Assembly: GCA_963697165.1 (NCBI GenBank) | Contig: CAVOMX010000014.1 | Span: 32,001 to 96,000, forward strand | Length of the DNA: 64,000 nt | Reading direction: 5' to 3' | DNA from: Candidatus Bathyarchaeota archaeon | Lineage (GTDB): Archaea > Thermoproteota > Bathyarchaeia > Bathyarchaeales > Bathyarchaeaceae | Part shown: positions 50,330-61,054 of the stretch, one piece after another | Numbering within the stretch: position 1 is the first letter of the stretch | How the letters are laid out: each line of letters opens with the position of its first letter | Made by a program: the position numbers and the translations under genes | Notes under the pieces: generated by a model | Told to the model about the DNA's origin: nothing | Database searches by the model: none | The model's input: only the letters and a program-made list of their open reading frames with translations

Positions 50330-52018
50330 CTAACCCAGTAACGCCGGAACAACCTTTGATGCAACGATGGCAATAAGGACCAGCAATGCAGCATGCTTGA
50401 AACCAGCAGCCAAAGACTCTTCACTGATTTTTCCACAAACCAATCCAATCAAGTAACAGTGGGTAATTACTGACACAGTAAAGATCAGACTAAGCATGCT
50501 TGTGTCGGTGGAGGTAGCCACAGCCTCACCACCCATAGCAATTGTATTGGTAGTGAAAAGAAGAGTCATGAGAGTTGTTGATACTAGCAATATAGCACCG
50601 AAGTAGGGCATGATCATGTAAGGTCTAACGCTCATCTTCTTCTCTTTCTCAACTTCTTGAGTCATGTTGTTGAATCTTGCAAGAGACTCAATCATTGATA
50701 TTGTACCGCCCCCCACATCAACCGCTTCCAAGAGCAAAAACATTACAATCTGGGACATCCAACTCTTGGTTTTCTTCACAAAATCCATGATAACTTTTCT
50801 CATGGGAATACCCCAACCAATATCAGAGGACATCTTCCGCAATTCATTAGAGAATGCCCCGTAATCCCTACCCGAAAGATTCGAAATACACGCTTCTGGA
50901 GAAAGCCCAGTCTTTCGAGTTTCGGTTAGGTCCCTAAGAAAGTTGGATATACCCTTCTCCATGCTCGCTTTTCTACCCGCAATCTTTTGGTGCACAAGAG
51001 CGGGAGGCACAACAGAGACTATCAAAGTGATAGAAACCGCGATTGGCAGATCAACAAGATTTTGGAACGGTGTTGGGATCATGCCAAAGAATCCGGTGAG
51101 AAGCATTAGAATTAGAACTCCTATAGCTGACGAGATAGCATACACCTTGTAGGGCCTATTCTCGCTGAGTGGACTTTTTGGTTGCATGCCGTGAGCCATC
51201 CATATGAAAACAATAGAGAGCAGAGGAGTGAAAACGTATGTATACATAATCACTCCGGAATTCATGTCCAGTCCTGTGCTGTATATAGCCTCGACACTGA
51301 AAAGTATGTACATACAGAGGGACATGAGAACCATTACAATGATAAATGATTCCAGAAGCATACCCATACGCTCGGCAGCAGCCTTAACCTTCATTGATCC
51401 TGCCTTGAAGATTTCCTGCGCCTTTGTTTCAAGGAAGTGAATAACGTCACCACCTATAATAACTGTAGAAGCATATCCCGAAATGAAATCTCTAAAGATA
51501 TCCAACGGATTGTACTTAGCCATTTTTTCCAGAGCACTAAGCGGGTCTACCCCAAAAATTTCCACATCACGGATTAGAGCTCTAGCTTCTCTACGTGTAG
51601 AAGGCAACAATTCAACACCTGTAAGGCGTTTAAAACTCATGTAAGGGGGTATACCTCCTGACGCCATGACAGTAACGTATGTTGCTGCGAAAGGCATCTC
51701 CCGATCCAAGGCACTAGCCCGTTCGCCGGCTTTTGAACTAGGAACAACCAGGAAACCAATCATAACATAGATTGGCATTGGCACCAAAAAAATAAGAAAG
51801 AGAATTTTGGTAAAGTATACGAGAACAAGTGCTGCGATGGATATAGGTATAGTTAGTGTGGCCATCAAAAACATTAAGGAAATGTAAGTTTCAGGATAGA
51901 TTTTGATTCCTGCTTTCGCTAAGTGACCCTTAAACTCGAAGACTCCATTTAGGAACTTTGGAGCAATACCGCCGAAAAGGCGGTAGGAAACTCCTTCAAG
52001 AGTTTTTAATAGGGGCAT
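50330..52018 (-). CDS. TadC/FlaJ-like pilus membrane platform protein (two T2SSF domains)
   Basis: EMPFAATYVTVMASGG, FLRDLTE..KTG, DVGGG, multiple TM helices. Confidence 0.92.
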   Translation of the reverse strand: MPLLKTLEGVSYRLFGGIAPKFLNGVFEFKGHLAKAGIKIYPETYISLMFLMATLTIPISIAALVLVYFTKILFLIFLVPMPIYVMIGFLVVPSSKAGERASALDREMPFAATYVTVMASGGIPPYMSFKRLTGVELLPSTRREARALIRDVEIFGVDPLSALEKMAKYNPLDIFRDFISGYASTVIIGGDVIHFLETKAQEIFKAGSMKVKAAAERMGMLLESFIIVMVLMSLCMYILFSVEAIYSTGLDMNSGVIMYTYVFTPLLSIVFIWMAHGMQPKSPLSENRPYKVYAISSAIGVLILMLLTGFFGMIPTPFQNLVDLPIAVSITLIVSVVPPALVHQKIAGRKASMEKGISNFLRDLTETRKTGLSPEACISNLSGRDYGAFSNELRKMSSDIGWGIPMRKVIMDFVKKTKSWMSQIVMFLLLEAVDVGGGTISMIESLARFNNMTQEVEKEKKMSVRPYMIMPYFGAILLVSTTLMTLLFTTNTIAMGGEAVATSTDTSMLSLIFTVSVITHCYLIGLVCGKISEESLAAGFKHAALLVLIAIVASKVVPALLG

Positions 52019-53618
52019 CAGCTAAAACCTCCTTCGCGTAGAACTCTTCAGGTTTGGAGTTGTATTCGGTTATGACCCCCGCAACATCTTTGTAACTTCT
52101 AATGTTACGTTCCCGCATCCAACGCAACACGTTCTCTCGACGTTTCATCTCGTCCATCAATTCTTTCCAAGATATCCCTCTACTTTCGGTTATGGCATTA
52201 AGCATTATACCGTTTTTTAAATGGGAATCATGAATGTCACCAGCGGCTTTCCATTTGAAAGTGTTTCTGTAATCCTCGTAATCTGCAATTTCGTCCACAG
52301 AAAGTATTCTTCGGTAAGCGGTCATTTCACCAGTTTTCGACTGGGGCAAGTGTACTCTCTGAATGGATGCAACAACGTTCATAAGAGGCATGTATGCAGG
52401 TGCGATGTCCATTGGCTTCTGGATCAAACGCTTGACAGCTGATTCTATAGAATCTGCGTGCATGGTAGCCATACCACCGTGCCCCGTTGCCAAGGCTTGG
52501 AACAAGGTATATGCTTCGCTACCTCGAATCTCACCAACTACAATCAAATCTGGACGGTGTCTCATCGAGGTCTTAACTAGATCGAAGAGTGTTACTTCTC
52601 CGGTGAGGTTTTCTCCTAGACCATAACTTCTCCTCGCGATAAGTGATACCCAGTTTTCATGAGGTAGATTAAGTTCTGCGGTTTCCTCAATTGTGATTAT
52701 CTTGCTGCCCGGCTTAACCAAGCAGGCCACGGCGTTTAGGAATGTTGTTTTTCCGGAGGCTGTTCCGCCTAGCACCATGAGGGAGGCTCTGTTCTCTAGA
52801 CAAGTCCAGAAATAGGCTGCCATTTCCTCGGATAGGGTGCCCAGGTTTATTAGATCAATAATTGAGTAGGGATCATCTCGGAACTTCCTAATGGTGAAAG
52901 CTGTCCCGAACGGTGTTACTTCACGTCTGTAACAGACAGCGAGTCTGTGTTTTCCGGGTAAAGATGCGTCAACTATTGGGAAGGCTGAGCTTACGTGCTT
53001 TCCAGCCATGTGAACCAGTTTAACCACGGCATCGTCTACTTCTTGATCGTCGTGAAAGACCAAATTTGTTTCAAGGTTCTCATATTTTCTGTGCCAAATG
53101 TAGACGGGCTTTTCGACACCGTCACATGAAATATCTTCTATGTTTTGGTCTCTCATCAAGGCGTCGATTGTGCCAAAACCGACAAGGTTTCGTTGAGCGT
53201 GATAAAGGATTTTGGACCAAGAAACGTCAGGTAACCAACCTAAACTAATTCGGTATTTGCCAACGATCTTTTCAGCTTCAGTAACAAAGAATTGTCGAGG
53301 GTCATCGATTTCGTGTTCGGGTGAAGCAATCTCAGCTAGAAGGATGTCTAATATTCGGTCGTACACGTTTCGTTCTAGTATGTCTAAACGGAGTTCATCT
53401 AGAATGTATTTGTACTCACCGCTTACGGAGTTTCGGGCAATTGCTGCGTGAGCGAAGGGTTCGTATAGTGGGTACCTTTCAACGATTTTGTAACCCCTTT
53501 CCAATGGTCTTGGGGGAGGTGTTGGAGGTATTGCTTTTAGTTTAGTTTTTTTAAAAACTCTACCTGCAGACTTTAGTCCTGATGTAACTTTCTCATTAAA
53601 TCCCTTTATCCGTTGCAT
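51996..53618 (-). CDS. Type II/IV secretion (FlaI/VirB11-like) assembly ATPase
   Basis: IEDISCDG, GGTASGKTT, IEETAE, RHRPDLIVVGEIRG, TGHGGMATMHA. Confidence 0.95.
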   Translation of the reverse strand: MQRIKGFNEKVTSGLKSAGRVFKKTKLKAIPPTPPPRPLERGYKIVERYPLYEPFAHAAIARNSVSGEYKYILDELRLDILERNVYDRILDILLAEIASPEHEIDDPRQFFVTEAEKIVGKYRISLGWLPDVSWSKILYHAQRNLVGFGTIDALMRDQNIEDISCDGVEKPVYIWHRKYENLETNLVFHDDQEVDDAVVKLVHMAGKHVSSAFPIVDASLPGKHRLAVCYRREVTPFGTAFTIRKFRDDPYSIIDLINLGTLSEEMAAYFWTCLENRASLMVLGGTASGKTTFLNAVACLVKPGSKIITIEETAELNLPHENWVSLIARRSYGLGENLTGEVTLFDLVKTSMRHRPDLIVVGEIRGSEAYTLFQALATGHGGMATMHADSIESAVKRLIQKPMDIAPAYMPLMNVVASIQRVHLPQSKTGEMTAYRRILSVDEIADYEDYRNTFKWKAAGDIHDSHLKNGIMLNAITESRGISWKELMDEMKRRENVLRWMRERNIRSYKDVAGVITEYNSKPEEFYAKEVLADAPIKNS

Positions 53619-53773
53619 TGGGAGCTCACATATACAGTAGGATTTGCAACTAAGTATTAAATCTTGTGTCTCAATAAAGCATAGTATAAATAAAGTATTT
53701 ACAAGTCAAACCAACACACTCCAGCAACACCACACAAAAACAGTAACCAAAAAGAAGCCTAATGTTGGGAAGC

Positions 53774-54330
53774 CTAAAAACTGGGCATACATGCAATCTC
53801 CATTAGCTTCAAATCAAAAAAAGCATTCGTGTTACTTAGCCTCAAAACAACAGCAGCGTCTGCTCCACTCCAAAGAGCCACCGATCACAATAACCTCCTC
53901 ATCCGTTCTGATAAGACCTGCATCAGCCGCCATGCAAGCAATCTCGCATCTAACCTTCACAACCTGACAGAAGAGACGAAGAACACCGGTAACAATTAGG
54001 TCAATTTGAATGCCTCCAAACTTTTTGTTGACAGCTCTCCCTAGGGAACCAAATGCATGTGCCGATGTCATGATTTTCGCGCCGCTATTTTCAATAATGT
54101 TGCGGTTCTTGGAACTGAGTTGTTGAACGTCAGGTTTTGTGAATCTAGTAAAACGTATTACCCCCCACCAGAGTGTAACCTTTGAAAATCTGGGAGGCTT
54201 TAACTCCTGTTTCACCGGTAGAATAAGCCACAACAATGCTTTTTATGTCAACTTTTTCAGCCCACTCTTTTGCTAATTTGAGGGCTTCCTCAGTGTTTTC
54301 AGGACCATGATTCTCAAAATAAACAATCTA
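53774..54330 (-). pseudogene. Degraded pyruvate-kinase alpha/beta-domain (COG1751-type) protein
   Basis: Manual translation IVYFENHGPENTEEAL...IVVAYSTGETG...MAADAGLI...GADAAVVL...EIACMP needs at least 3 frameshifts. A TAG precedes the start region and conserved motifs are substituted. Confidence 0.75.
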
Positions 54331-54566
54331 CAAATGATGTTCGTTACACCAAACAGCTTCAATCAACTTTTTTCGACGTGAAAATGCAATAATAGTAAAC
54401 CAAGCGAACCCATATCTGTTATAAACGTGTAAACAGTTGTTCTGCTGGTTTTCTGTTTCAGAACATATCAAATTTATAAACGTGGCAGGCGATTTTATCT
54501 GAAAGGCGCTGTGGAATGAAGACAAGTTTCATCCGTTCCTCTTTGAGATTAAGTGTGGTTTAGGAT

Positions 54567-55652
54567 TTGGTTTACGCCGAAAAAAACGAAGTCTTTAGCA
54601 TCCAGACAATAAATCTGACTAAAAGATTTGTCAAAAAAAAGCATAGGGGTGTTTTCGGTGTTCTACGAAGAAATCAATCGAAGAATAACCATAAAGAAAA
54701 CGATCATGTTACAATAGCCTTGAACCAAATCAACATCGAAATTCGTCCCGGAGAACTTTTTGGGCTTCTTGGACCAAACGGATCTGGAAAAACTACAATG
54801 ATTAAATGCTTATCCACAATCTTGATTCCAGACGAAGGCACTGCCATAGTGAACGGTTTTGACATCAACAAAGAAACAACCATGGTCAGAGCGAGTTTGG
54901 GAATGGTTGTGGGTGGGGAGAGAACATTATATTGGAAACTTACAGCCAGAGACAACCTCATGTACTTCGCTTCATTGTACAAAATGCAAAAAAAACACGC
55001 AAAAGAAAGAACTGAGGAACTCCTAGAAACTTTTCAGCTCTCTGACAGGGCAGACGAGAGGCTTGAGGACTATAGCACAGGCATGCGGCAAAAAGTCTCG
55101 ATAGCTCGAGCACTACTTCATGATCCATCGATTCTGCTGTTGGATGAACCCACCTTAGGTTTAGACCCAAATTTTTCGAGACAGATTCGCAGTCAAATAA
55201 AAGAGCTTTCAGAGAAACGCGGAAAAACGATTCTTTTGACCACACACTACATGGACGAAGCAGACCAATTGTGTGATCGTGTAGCATTCATAAACAACGG
55301 CAACATAGTCGCAGTTGACACACCAAACAAGCTCAAGTCCATGGTAAAAGAGACAGAGCTAGTAGAGGTTACTGTTTATCGTCCACCTGTAGACATTGAA
55401 AAGCATATCCATTCCCTGTTGCCAGACGTAGAAGTTGTCAAGCTTATTCCCGGCGATGAAGGTGAAGGATGTCCTTCGAGAATTAAGGTAATCGGAGGAA
55501 CCGCAGAAGAACATGTGGGAACAATAATTGATGCTCTTAGACAGAAGAACGTTCGAATTGGCAGTTTAAACGTTGGTGTGCCTACACTCGAGGATGTCTT
55601 CATCAAGTTAACCGGCACAAAACTCACGGAGGACGAATGCAATAGATGCTAA
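54567..55652 (+). CDS. ABC transporter ATP-binding protein (DrrA-like)
   Basis: GPNGSGKTT, YSTGMRQK, LLLDEPT, TTHYM, PTLEDVF. Confidence 0.93.
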   Translation: MVYAEKNEVFSIQTINLTKRFVKKKHRGVFGVLRRNQSKNNHKENDHVTIALNQINIEIRPGELFGLLGPNGSGKTTMIKCLSTILIPDEGTAIVNGFDINKETTMVRASLGMVVGGERTLYWKLTARDNLMYFASLYKMQKKHAKERTEELLETFQLSDRADERLEDYSTGMRQKVSIARALLHDPSILLLDEPTLGLDPNFSRQIRSQIKELSEKRGKTILLTTHYMDEADQLCDRVAFINNGNIVAVDTPNKLKSMVKETELVEVTVYRPPVDIEKHIHSLLPDVEVVKLIPGDEGEGCPSRIKVIGGTAEEHVGTIIDALRQKNVRIGSLNVGVPTLEDVFIKLTGTKLTEDECNRC

Positions 55653-56500
55653 AAAGCGTCTATCATCAGTCTCCGTTACGAAGCAACTTCTACATTGTCT
55701 GGAACGAACTAGTTAAAAACATAAAGTCTCTGCTGGCATATCCAACAATCATAGTTTTCTGGGCTATATTTCCCATTTTCTGGTTTATTCCATTCATTCT
55801 TCAGGGGCAAGCTTTTGTAGGAGGTTTAGAGAGCTCAAATTTTGCACAAATCGCTGGCACTGGAGAATACATTCCTTTCATTGTTATAGGCGCAGTCCTC
55901 AACAGTTACGTAAACACTCTACTTCATGGCATGGGAGAAAACATAAGACGTGAATCATACCAAGGAACCTTGGACTACATACTCGCAGCTCCATGTAACA
56001 AGGCTTATGTACTAATTGGAAAAGCCCTAAGTGAAAGCGTATCCAGCACAATCTTCGCCGCTAGCCAACTTGCCATCTCCGTAATCCTTTTTGGAATGAA
56101 CATAACTTTGGGAATGATACTTCCGGTATTTTTCATAGTTATTCTGCTTATATTGGGATTGTATGGCATGTCCCTAATGTTGGCTGCTTTATCTCTCATG
56201 TACAAACAATCTTATGACATCGCAGATAGCATTGGATATGTTTTTTACATTTTTGCTCCTGTACGCTATCCGATTGAGAGCCTACCAACTTGGGCGCAAA
56301 TCTTCAGCAAGCTCATTCCTCTTACGTACGCGCTCATTATTGTGAGAAGCATCATGCTTCTAGGAGCAAACTTTTCAACAATCTACGTGGATGTTATAGC
56401 GCTCATAATCATTGATATCGTCTTGTTAATCGCTGGCTTCTACCTGTTCAGTTGGATAGAGAAGAAAACGAAGATATCTGGAACAATAAGCCATCACTAA
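55646..56500 (+). CDS. ABC-2 type permease
   Basis: ESYQGTLDYILAAP, YPIESLPTW, PLTY. Confidence 0.9.
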   Translation: MLKSVYHQSPLRSNFYIVWNELVKNIKSLLAYPTIIVFWAIFPIFWFIPFILQGQAFVGGLESSNFAQIAGTGEYIPFIVIGAVLNSYVNTLLHGMGENIRRESYQGTLDYILAAPCNKAYVLIGKALSESVSSTIFAASQLAISVILFGMNITLGMILPVFFIVILLILGLYGMSLMLAALSLMYKQSYDIADSIGYVFYIFAPVRYPIESLPTWAQIFSKLIPLTYALIIVRSIMLLGANFSTIYVDVIALIIIDIVLLIAGFYLFSWIEKKTKISGTISHH

Positions 56501-56512
56501 GGAGAAAACAAA

Positions 56513-57409
56513 TTGGACAAAAACAATAAAGAATACAGGTTGCGGGAAGTCAACTGTCCAACCGGATTCAACTGGAGCAACTTAAAGGCTGAACTAGAAG
56601 CCGTCTGGGAATCCAACATCAAAGATTGGAAGATCGAGTTTGCTTACCCAGTAAGTTTCATCCGGCAACTGATTTCTCCAGTTGTATTCCTGTTGCCTTT
56701 TCTCATCTATGGCATTGTCTTAGTTGGAGAAGGAGGATACAGCGAGAATTTGGCAAAGCTTGTGGGAACAGGAGATGTGGTAGCCTTCATCTTCACAGGC
56801 TATATGATGATAGGGTTCATTGGAACAGCCGTTTGGGCAATGGGATTTAGCATACGAAGAGAACGTTGGTTTGGGACGTTAGAGGCAATTTACGTGACGC
56901 CTACAAGCCGATTGGTCCAAGTATTAGGGATGGCGCTACACAGCACAGTTCATCAAATCTTGGGCACAATCATCCAGTTAATTGTCATATACCTCACCTT
57001 CGGTTTAGCACTAAAAATGGATGGAGTATTGCCTGCTCTAGGGATTTTTGCTCTAATGATGCTTGCATTATACGGCTTTGGAATAGTAATCTCTGCCTTG
57101 GGTTTGCTTCTAAAGGAAGGGTGGGTAGTCTCTGACATTCTCTACAGCACCATGACAATTCTCTCGCCGGTAGCTTACCCGCTAATTGTGCTTCCCACCG
57201 TGGCTCAACAGGCAAGTGCCCTCTTTCCAACGGCACCAGCTCTGATTGGAATGAGAAGTTTCCTTATAGAAAATTATCGGGCAGAGGCTTTCGGCAACGT
57301 TTTCCTACACCTGTTAGTTCTGGGCGCAGCTTGGATTCTCTTTGGCGTATTTGTGTTCAAATTGACAGACAAATATGTACGAAAGAGGGGAATGCTCAAC
57401 AAATTCTAA
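56513..57409 (+). CDS. ABC-2 type permease
   Basis: RERWFGTLEAIYVTP, YPLIVLP, six TM helices. Confidence 0.9.
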   Translation: MDKNNKEYRLREVNCPTGFNWSNLKAELEAVWESNIKDWKIEFAYPVSFIRQLISPVVFLLPFLIYGIVLVGEGGYSENLAKLVGTGDVVAFIFTGYMMIGFIGTAVWAMGFSIRRERWFGTLEAIYVTPTSRLVQVLGMALHSTVHQILGTIIQLIVIYLTFGLALKMDGVLPALGIFALMMLALYGFGIVISALGLLLKEGWVVSDILYSTMTILSPVAYPLIVLPTVAQQASALFPTAPALIGMRSFLIENYRAEAFGNVFLHLLVLGAAWILFGVFVFKLTDKYVRKRGMLNKF

Positions 57410-57453
57410 CCATCATAAAAACAAGAGGATAAGAACAAACGGGGGGTGTTTAG

Positions 57454-58053
57454 ATGATACGTGTCTGCTATCAAAAAAGAAAGAACATTTGGTTTGGTGC
57501 AGCGGTTCAGAATGAACAGGTTGTTGCCGCTGACTTTTCCCTTGAAGAACCAGATTTGAGGCAACTAATAAGAAAGCTTCCACAGGATACTCCGTTTCAT
57601 TTTATTGAAGAACCTGATCAGTTTCTAGCAGATGTTCTGAGCGCTTTGGAGACGGCTTTCAACGGAAAGGGCAACAAAGTCTATGGGTTCAAAATAGACA
57701 TGACTCATCTTTCCAGTTACACACGAAAGGTGCTTAACTGCACGCGTCTGGTTCCTGTTGGATACGTGACAACATATGGTAACTTGGGCAAGGTTGCTGG
57801 TGGAATTGCAAGATCGGTGGGGCGCGTTGAGGCATCAAATCCGTTTCCTTTGTTGATTCCCTGCCATAGGGTTGTGTGTTCTGATTTGAGTTTAGGCGGC
57901 TACGGATACGGAGAGCAGACAAAGAGGGAAATTCTTCAACGGGAAGAAAGAGGCTACGAAGAGTCAAAAAGACTAAAAGTGGATGACAGGGAACTGGTTC
58001 TGTTTCCAGCAAAATGGGTTAAACAAAAACATGGAGAGCTTTTAAGAGGCTAA
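57454..58053 (+). CDS. ogt: O6-methylguanine-DNA methyltransferase
   Basis: VPVGYVTTYG, ARSVG, NPFPLLIPCHRVV. Confidence 0.93.
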   Translation: MIRVCYQKRKNIWFGAAVQNEQVVAADFSLEEPDLRQLIRKLPQDTPFHFIEEPDQFLADVLSALETAFNGKGNKVYGFKIDMTHLSSYTRKVLNCTRLVPVGYVTTYGNLGKVAGGIARSVGRVEASNPFPLLIPCHRVVCSDLSLGGYGYGEQTKREILQREERGYEESKRLKVDDRELVLFPAKWVKQKHGELLRG

Positions 58054-58101
58054 GGAACATCATATACACCAATAAAGGTTTAGGCTCTTCAGTGGGGAAA
58101 A

Positions 58102-58629
58102 ATGGTGAAACGCGGGGTCTTTGTGGGAAGATTTCAGCCATTTCACAATGGACATTTGGAAGTTATAAAAAAAATTGTGGAAGATGTTGACGAACTTGTT
58201 ATAATTGTTGGGAGTGCCCAGTACAGCCACAGGCTAGATAATCCATTTACTGCAGGCGAACGCATCACCATGATACGAAAAGCCCTAGAAGAAGAGGGCA
58301 TCCAGTTGTCAAAAATTTGGATCATACCGGTGCCGGACGTCCATCAACACTCACTCTGGGTCGCCCAAATTGTTGGTTACTCCCCAAAATTTCATTTTGT
58401 CTACGCTAACGAGCCGTTAACTAGTAGACTCTTTATCGAAGCTGGATTCAAAGTCGAGCCAATGCCGCTCATAAAGCGGGAGATTTACGGGGCTACAGAA
58501 ATTCGGAAAGGCATGATTGCTGGAGAAAAATGGGAAGAACGTGTCCCAAGGAGCGTTGCCAACTTCATAAAAGAGATAGAGGGCGACGTGAGGCTTAGGG
58601 ACCTTAATAAAACTGACAAAGTGAACTAA
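58102..58629 (+). CDS. nadM: Nicotinamide-nucleotide adenylyltransferase
   Basis: GRFQPFHNGH, GSAQYSH, NPFTAGER. Confidence 0.94.
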   Translation: MVKRGVFVGRFQPFHNGHLEVIKKIVEDVDELVIIVGSAQYSHRLDNPFTAGERITMIRKALEEEGIQLSKIWIIPVPDVHQHSLWVAQIVGYSPKFHFVYANEPLTSRLFIEAGFKVEPMPLIKREIYGATEIRKGMIAGEKWEERVPRSVANFIKEIEGDVRLRDLNKTDKVN

Positions 58630-58740
58630 AGTTTTGCTTCATTTTAGAACCGAATAAGCCAATGGTGTCTTGGTCCAAGAGCAGTTAGCAATTCACTGAC
58701 AACAAAAACGGAACATCAAGGTATACATAAATACGTCGGG

Positions 58741-59352
58741 GTGTTTGCTTTTGACGATGTTTCTAAAATGAGAACTTCGCTTAAGTTAACACCAACAACC
58801 CTTCTGGTAACCGTGAACGTGTTGGTTTACATTTATACTTCGCTGGCTGGTGGAAATTTAATCACAACAAACACCAGCGTCCTCCTTCAGATAGGGCAAT
58901 ACAACATCGGCGTATTGAATGGTGAGTACTGGCAGCTCTTAACATCTATTTTTGTTCATGTGGATATACTTCATATTGCACTAAACATGCTATTCCTGAT
59001 CATATTCGGCTTAAGAGCCGAAGAACTTTTCAAAACAGAAGAATATTTTTCTGTCTATATTATCTCGGGGCTCACAGGCAGTCTATTGACCCTTGTTCTG
59101 ATGTCCCCATATACGCTCTCCGCTGGGGCTTCAGGAGCAATATTCGGAATGTACGGCGCAGGCATCATATACATGCGAAAAACATTCGGTCAATCCATTG
59201 TAGGAGCCCTGCTCTATTCATTTCTGTTTTTAATGCTGTCCACAGGCTCAGGCGTAAACGTAGTCGCTCACTTCGGGGGCCTCGCAGCTGGATTGATAAT
59301 TGGTTACGCATTGGCAAAATCCCGCAGAGACATTTACTGGATAGAAAACTAG
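58741..59352 (+). CDS. Rhomboid intramembrane serine protease
   Basis: WQLLTSIFVH, HIALNM, GASGAIFG, AHFGG. Confidence 0.93.
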   Translation: MFAFDDVSKMRTSLKLTPTTLLVTVNVLVYIYTSLAGGNLITTNTSVLLQIGQYNIGVLNGEYWQLLTSIFVHVDILHIALNMLFLIIFGLRAEELFKTEEYFSVYIISGLTGSLLTLVLMSPYTLSAGASGAIFGMYGAGIIYMRKTFGQSIVGALLYSFLFLMLSTGSGVNVVAHFGGLAAGLIIGYALAKSRRDIYWIEN

Positions 59353-59375
59353 TGGCACCAGAAAGTTGAGTTCAA

Positions 59376-60179
59376 CTAGCGGGAAATCACTCCAGAGATA
59401 CGAAAAGCATCTCCAACATTTACATCAAAAATTTTGAGAGCAGTTCCTTGATTAACTGCTACTTCAAGAAAGTTGCTACTGCCAATTAATGCCAAGAGAG
59501 CGCCAGCGTGAACCTCGCCGTATGCTGAACAGAACGGTAGGTTCAAGGTTTTGTTGCCGAGCGTGACCAGAAGAGAGTCCCCTTCATGAAAGCCTGCATC
59601 CTTAATTGTTTTTTGCGAAATGTTACAGATGATGTTGCCAAAGTCGTCTATGTGAAGAATTTCTCCAAGCAGTTCTCCCCCCTTCGACTGTGCTTCAGCG
59701 AATTCAGGAAAAACGTAATCACGTATTGCAGGTCCAAAATCAGACGGCTTTATTCCTGTTGATAGATGCGCGGCTGCTGGGGCGAATATGTCTCTTCCGT
59801 GAAAAGTTTTCGATATTTTGGTTAGCATGTATTTTGTGTTGCATATTGTGTAAACGTTTGTTATGTCTTCTTTGTGTGCAGCCAGCATGAGAAGCCCGTT
59901 GTCTGGTCCAACATAGATGCCATGGTTGGTTTCTGCAATTATTGAGCGTCTTTTTGTTCCGACGCCCGGGTCTACGACTGCCACGTGAATTGTTTTTGGA
60001 AGAAAGTATGGGGCTGCTGAGGCTAAAACATAGGCGCCCATGCGGACGTCAAACTTTTCAATTTCATGACTTATGTCAACGATCTGGGCTTGTGGGTTAA
60101 TTGAGAGGATAACAGCTTTCATTTCCGCTACGTATGGGTCTTTATGACCGAAATCAGAGAGCAAAGATATTATGGACAT
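59376..60179 (-). CDS. SAM hydroxide adenosyltransferase (DUF62, chlorinase/fluorinase family)
   Basis: LSDFG, VVDPGVGT.R, GPDNG, TFHGRDIFAP, IDDFGN, LEVAVNQG. Confidence 0.93.
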   Translation of the reverse strand: MSIISLLSDFGHKDPYVAEMKAVILSINPQAQIVDISHEIEKFDVRMGAYVLASAAPYFLPKTIHVAVVDPGVGTKRRSIIAETNHGIYVGPDNGLLMLAAHKEDITNVYTICNTKYMLTKISKTFHGRDIFAPAAAHLSTGIKPSDFGPAIRDYVFPEFAEAQSKGGELLGEILHIDDFGNIICNISQKTIKDAGFHEGDSLLVTLGNKTLNLPFCSAYGEVHAGALLALIGSSNFLEVAVNQGTALKIFDVNVGDAFRISGVISR

Positions 60180-60258
60180 TTATTCTGCCCTGAATCCAAA
60201 TGTTGAATTGCCATATTTAATAACTGTTCTTTGAGAAGTAGTTTCTGAGTGAGAATGT

Positions 60259-61035
60259 TTGAAAGCGGGTGAAGTGATCTTCCTGAAGGGACTATTTGAA
60301 AGAAAGCACTGCAAAGTTCTTTGTTATCCAAGATGTGATCAAGAAGAATTGGAGAGACGCCTCAAGGAGTTGGAGAAGCTCGGAGTCCAATCTCTAGAAT
60401 TCGCGGGAGAGAAGAGCATTTTTGATGTGCCGGTTCTGGGGAAGGGCTGCGTAGGCGTCGTTGTTGTAGCATACACGAATTTGGGGAGAGCCGCTTTGAA
60501 GATTCGCAGAGTCGACGCTGACCGGAAGGGAATGTTCCATGAAGGCGAGATGCTACAGAGAGCTAATGCAATAGATGTGGGACCAAAACTGCTTGAAATC
60601 AGCGAAAATTTTCTTCTTATGGAGTTAGTTGAAGGAACCCACTTTCCAGAATGGATCGAATCAGTAGAAGGAAGAGAAACCCATTTGCGGATTCGCATGG
60701 TTTTAGAGGATGTTTTGGAGCAGTGTTACAGGCTTGATGAATCTGGCTTGGACCATGGAGAACTGAGCAAAGCGCCAAAACACATTATCGTTGACGCGGA
60801 CGACATTCCATATTTGATTGACTTTGAGACAGCCAGCATCAATAGAAGAGTGTCAAATGTCACTTCAGTCTGCCAATATCTTTTCTTGGGAAGCCAGATT
60901 GCAGACAAAGTAAAGGATAAACTTGGGAAAGTTAACGAAAAAGAACTGATAAACGTTTTACGAAATTACAAAAGGGAACGGACAAGAGAAAACTTCGAAA
61001 AAATCGTAGAAAATATTGTAACAGAAAAAGCATAA
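60259..61035 (+). CDS. Atypical Ser/Thr protein kinase (RIO/Bud32-related)
   Basis: LGKGCVGVV, ALKIRR, LMELVEG, DHGELS, IDFETAS. Confidence 0.85.
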   Translation: MKAGEVIFLKGLFERKHCKVLCYPRCDQEELERRLKELEKLGVQSLEFAGEKSIFDVPVLGKGCVGVVVVAYTNLGRAALKIRRVDADRKGMFHEGEMLQRANAIDVGPKLLEISENFLLMELVEGTHFPEWIESVEGRETHLRIRMVLEDVLEQCYRLDESGLDHGELSKAPKHIIVDADDIPYLIDFETASINRRVSNVTSVCQYLFLGSQIADKVKDKLGKVNEKELINVLRNYKRERTRENFEKIVENIVTEKA

Positions 61036-61054
61036 AACAAGATGCTTTTGTGAA

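Noticed and set aside
42699..53618. Archaellum operon
   Set aside because: No FlaH/FlaF/FlaG or chemotaxis genes recognised; the filament protein is pilin-sized.
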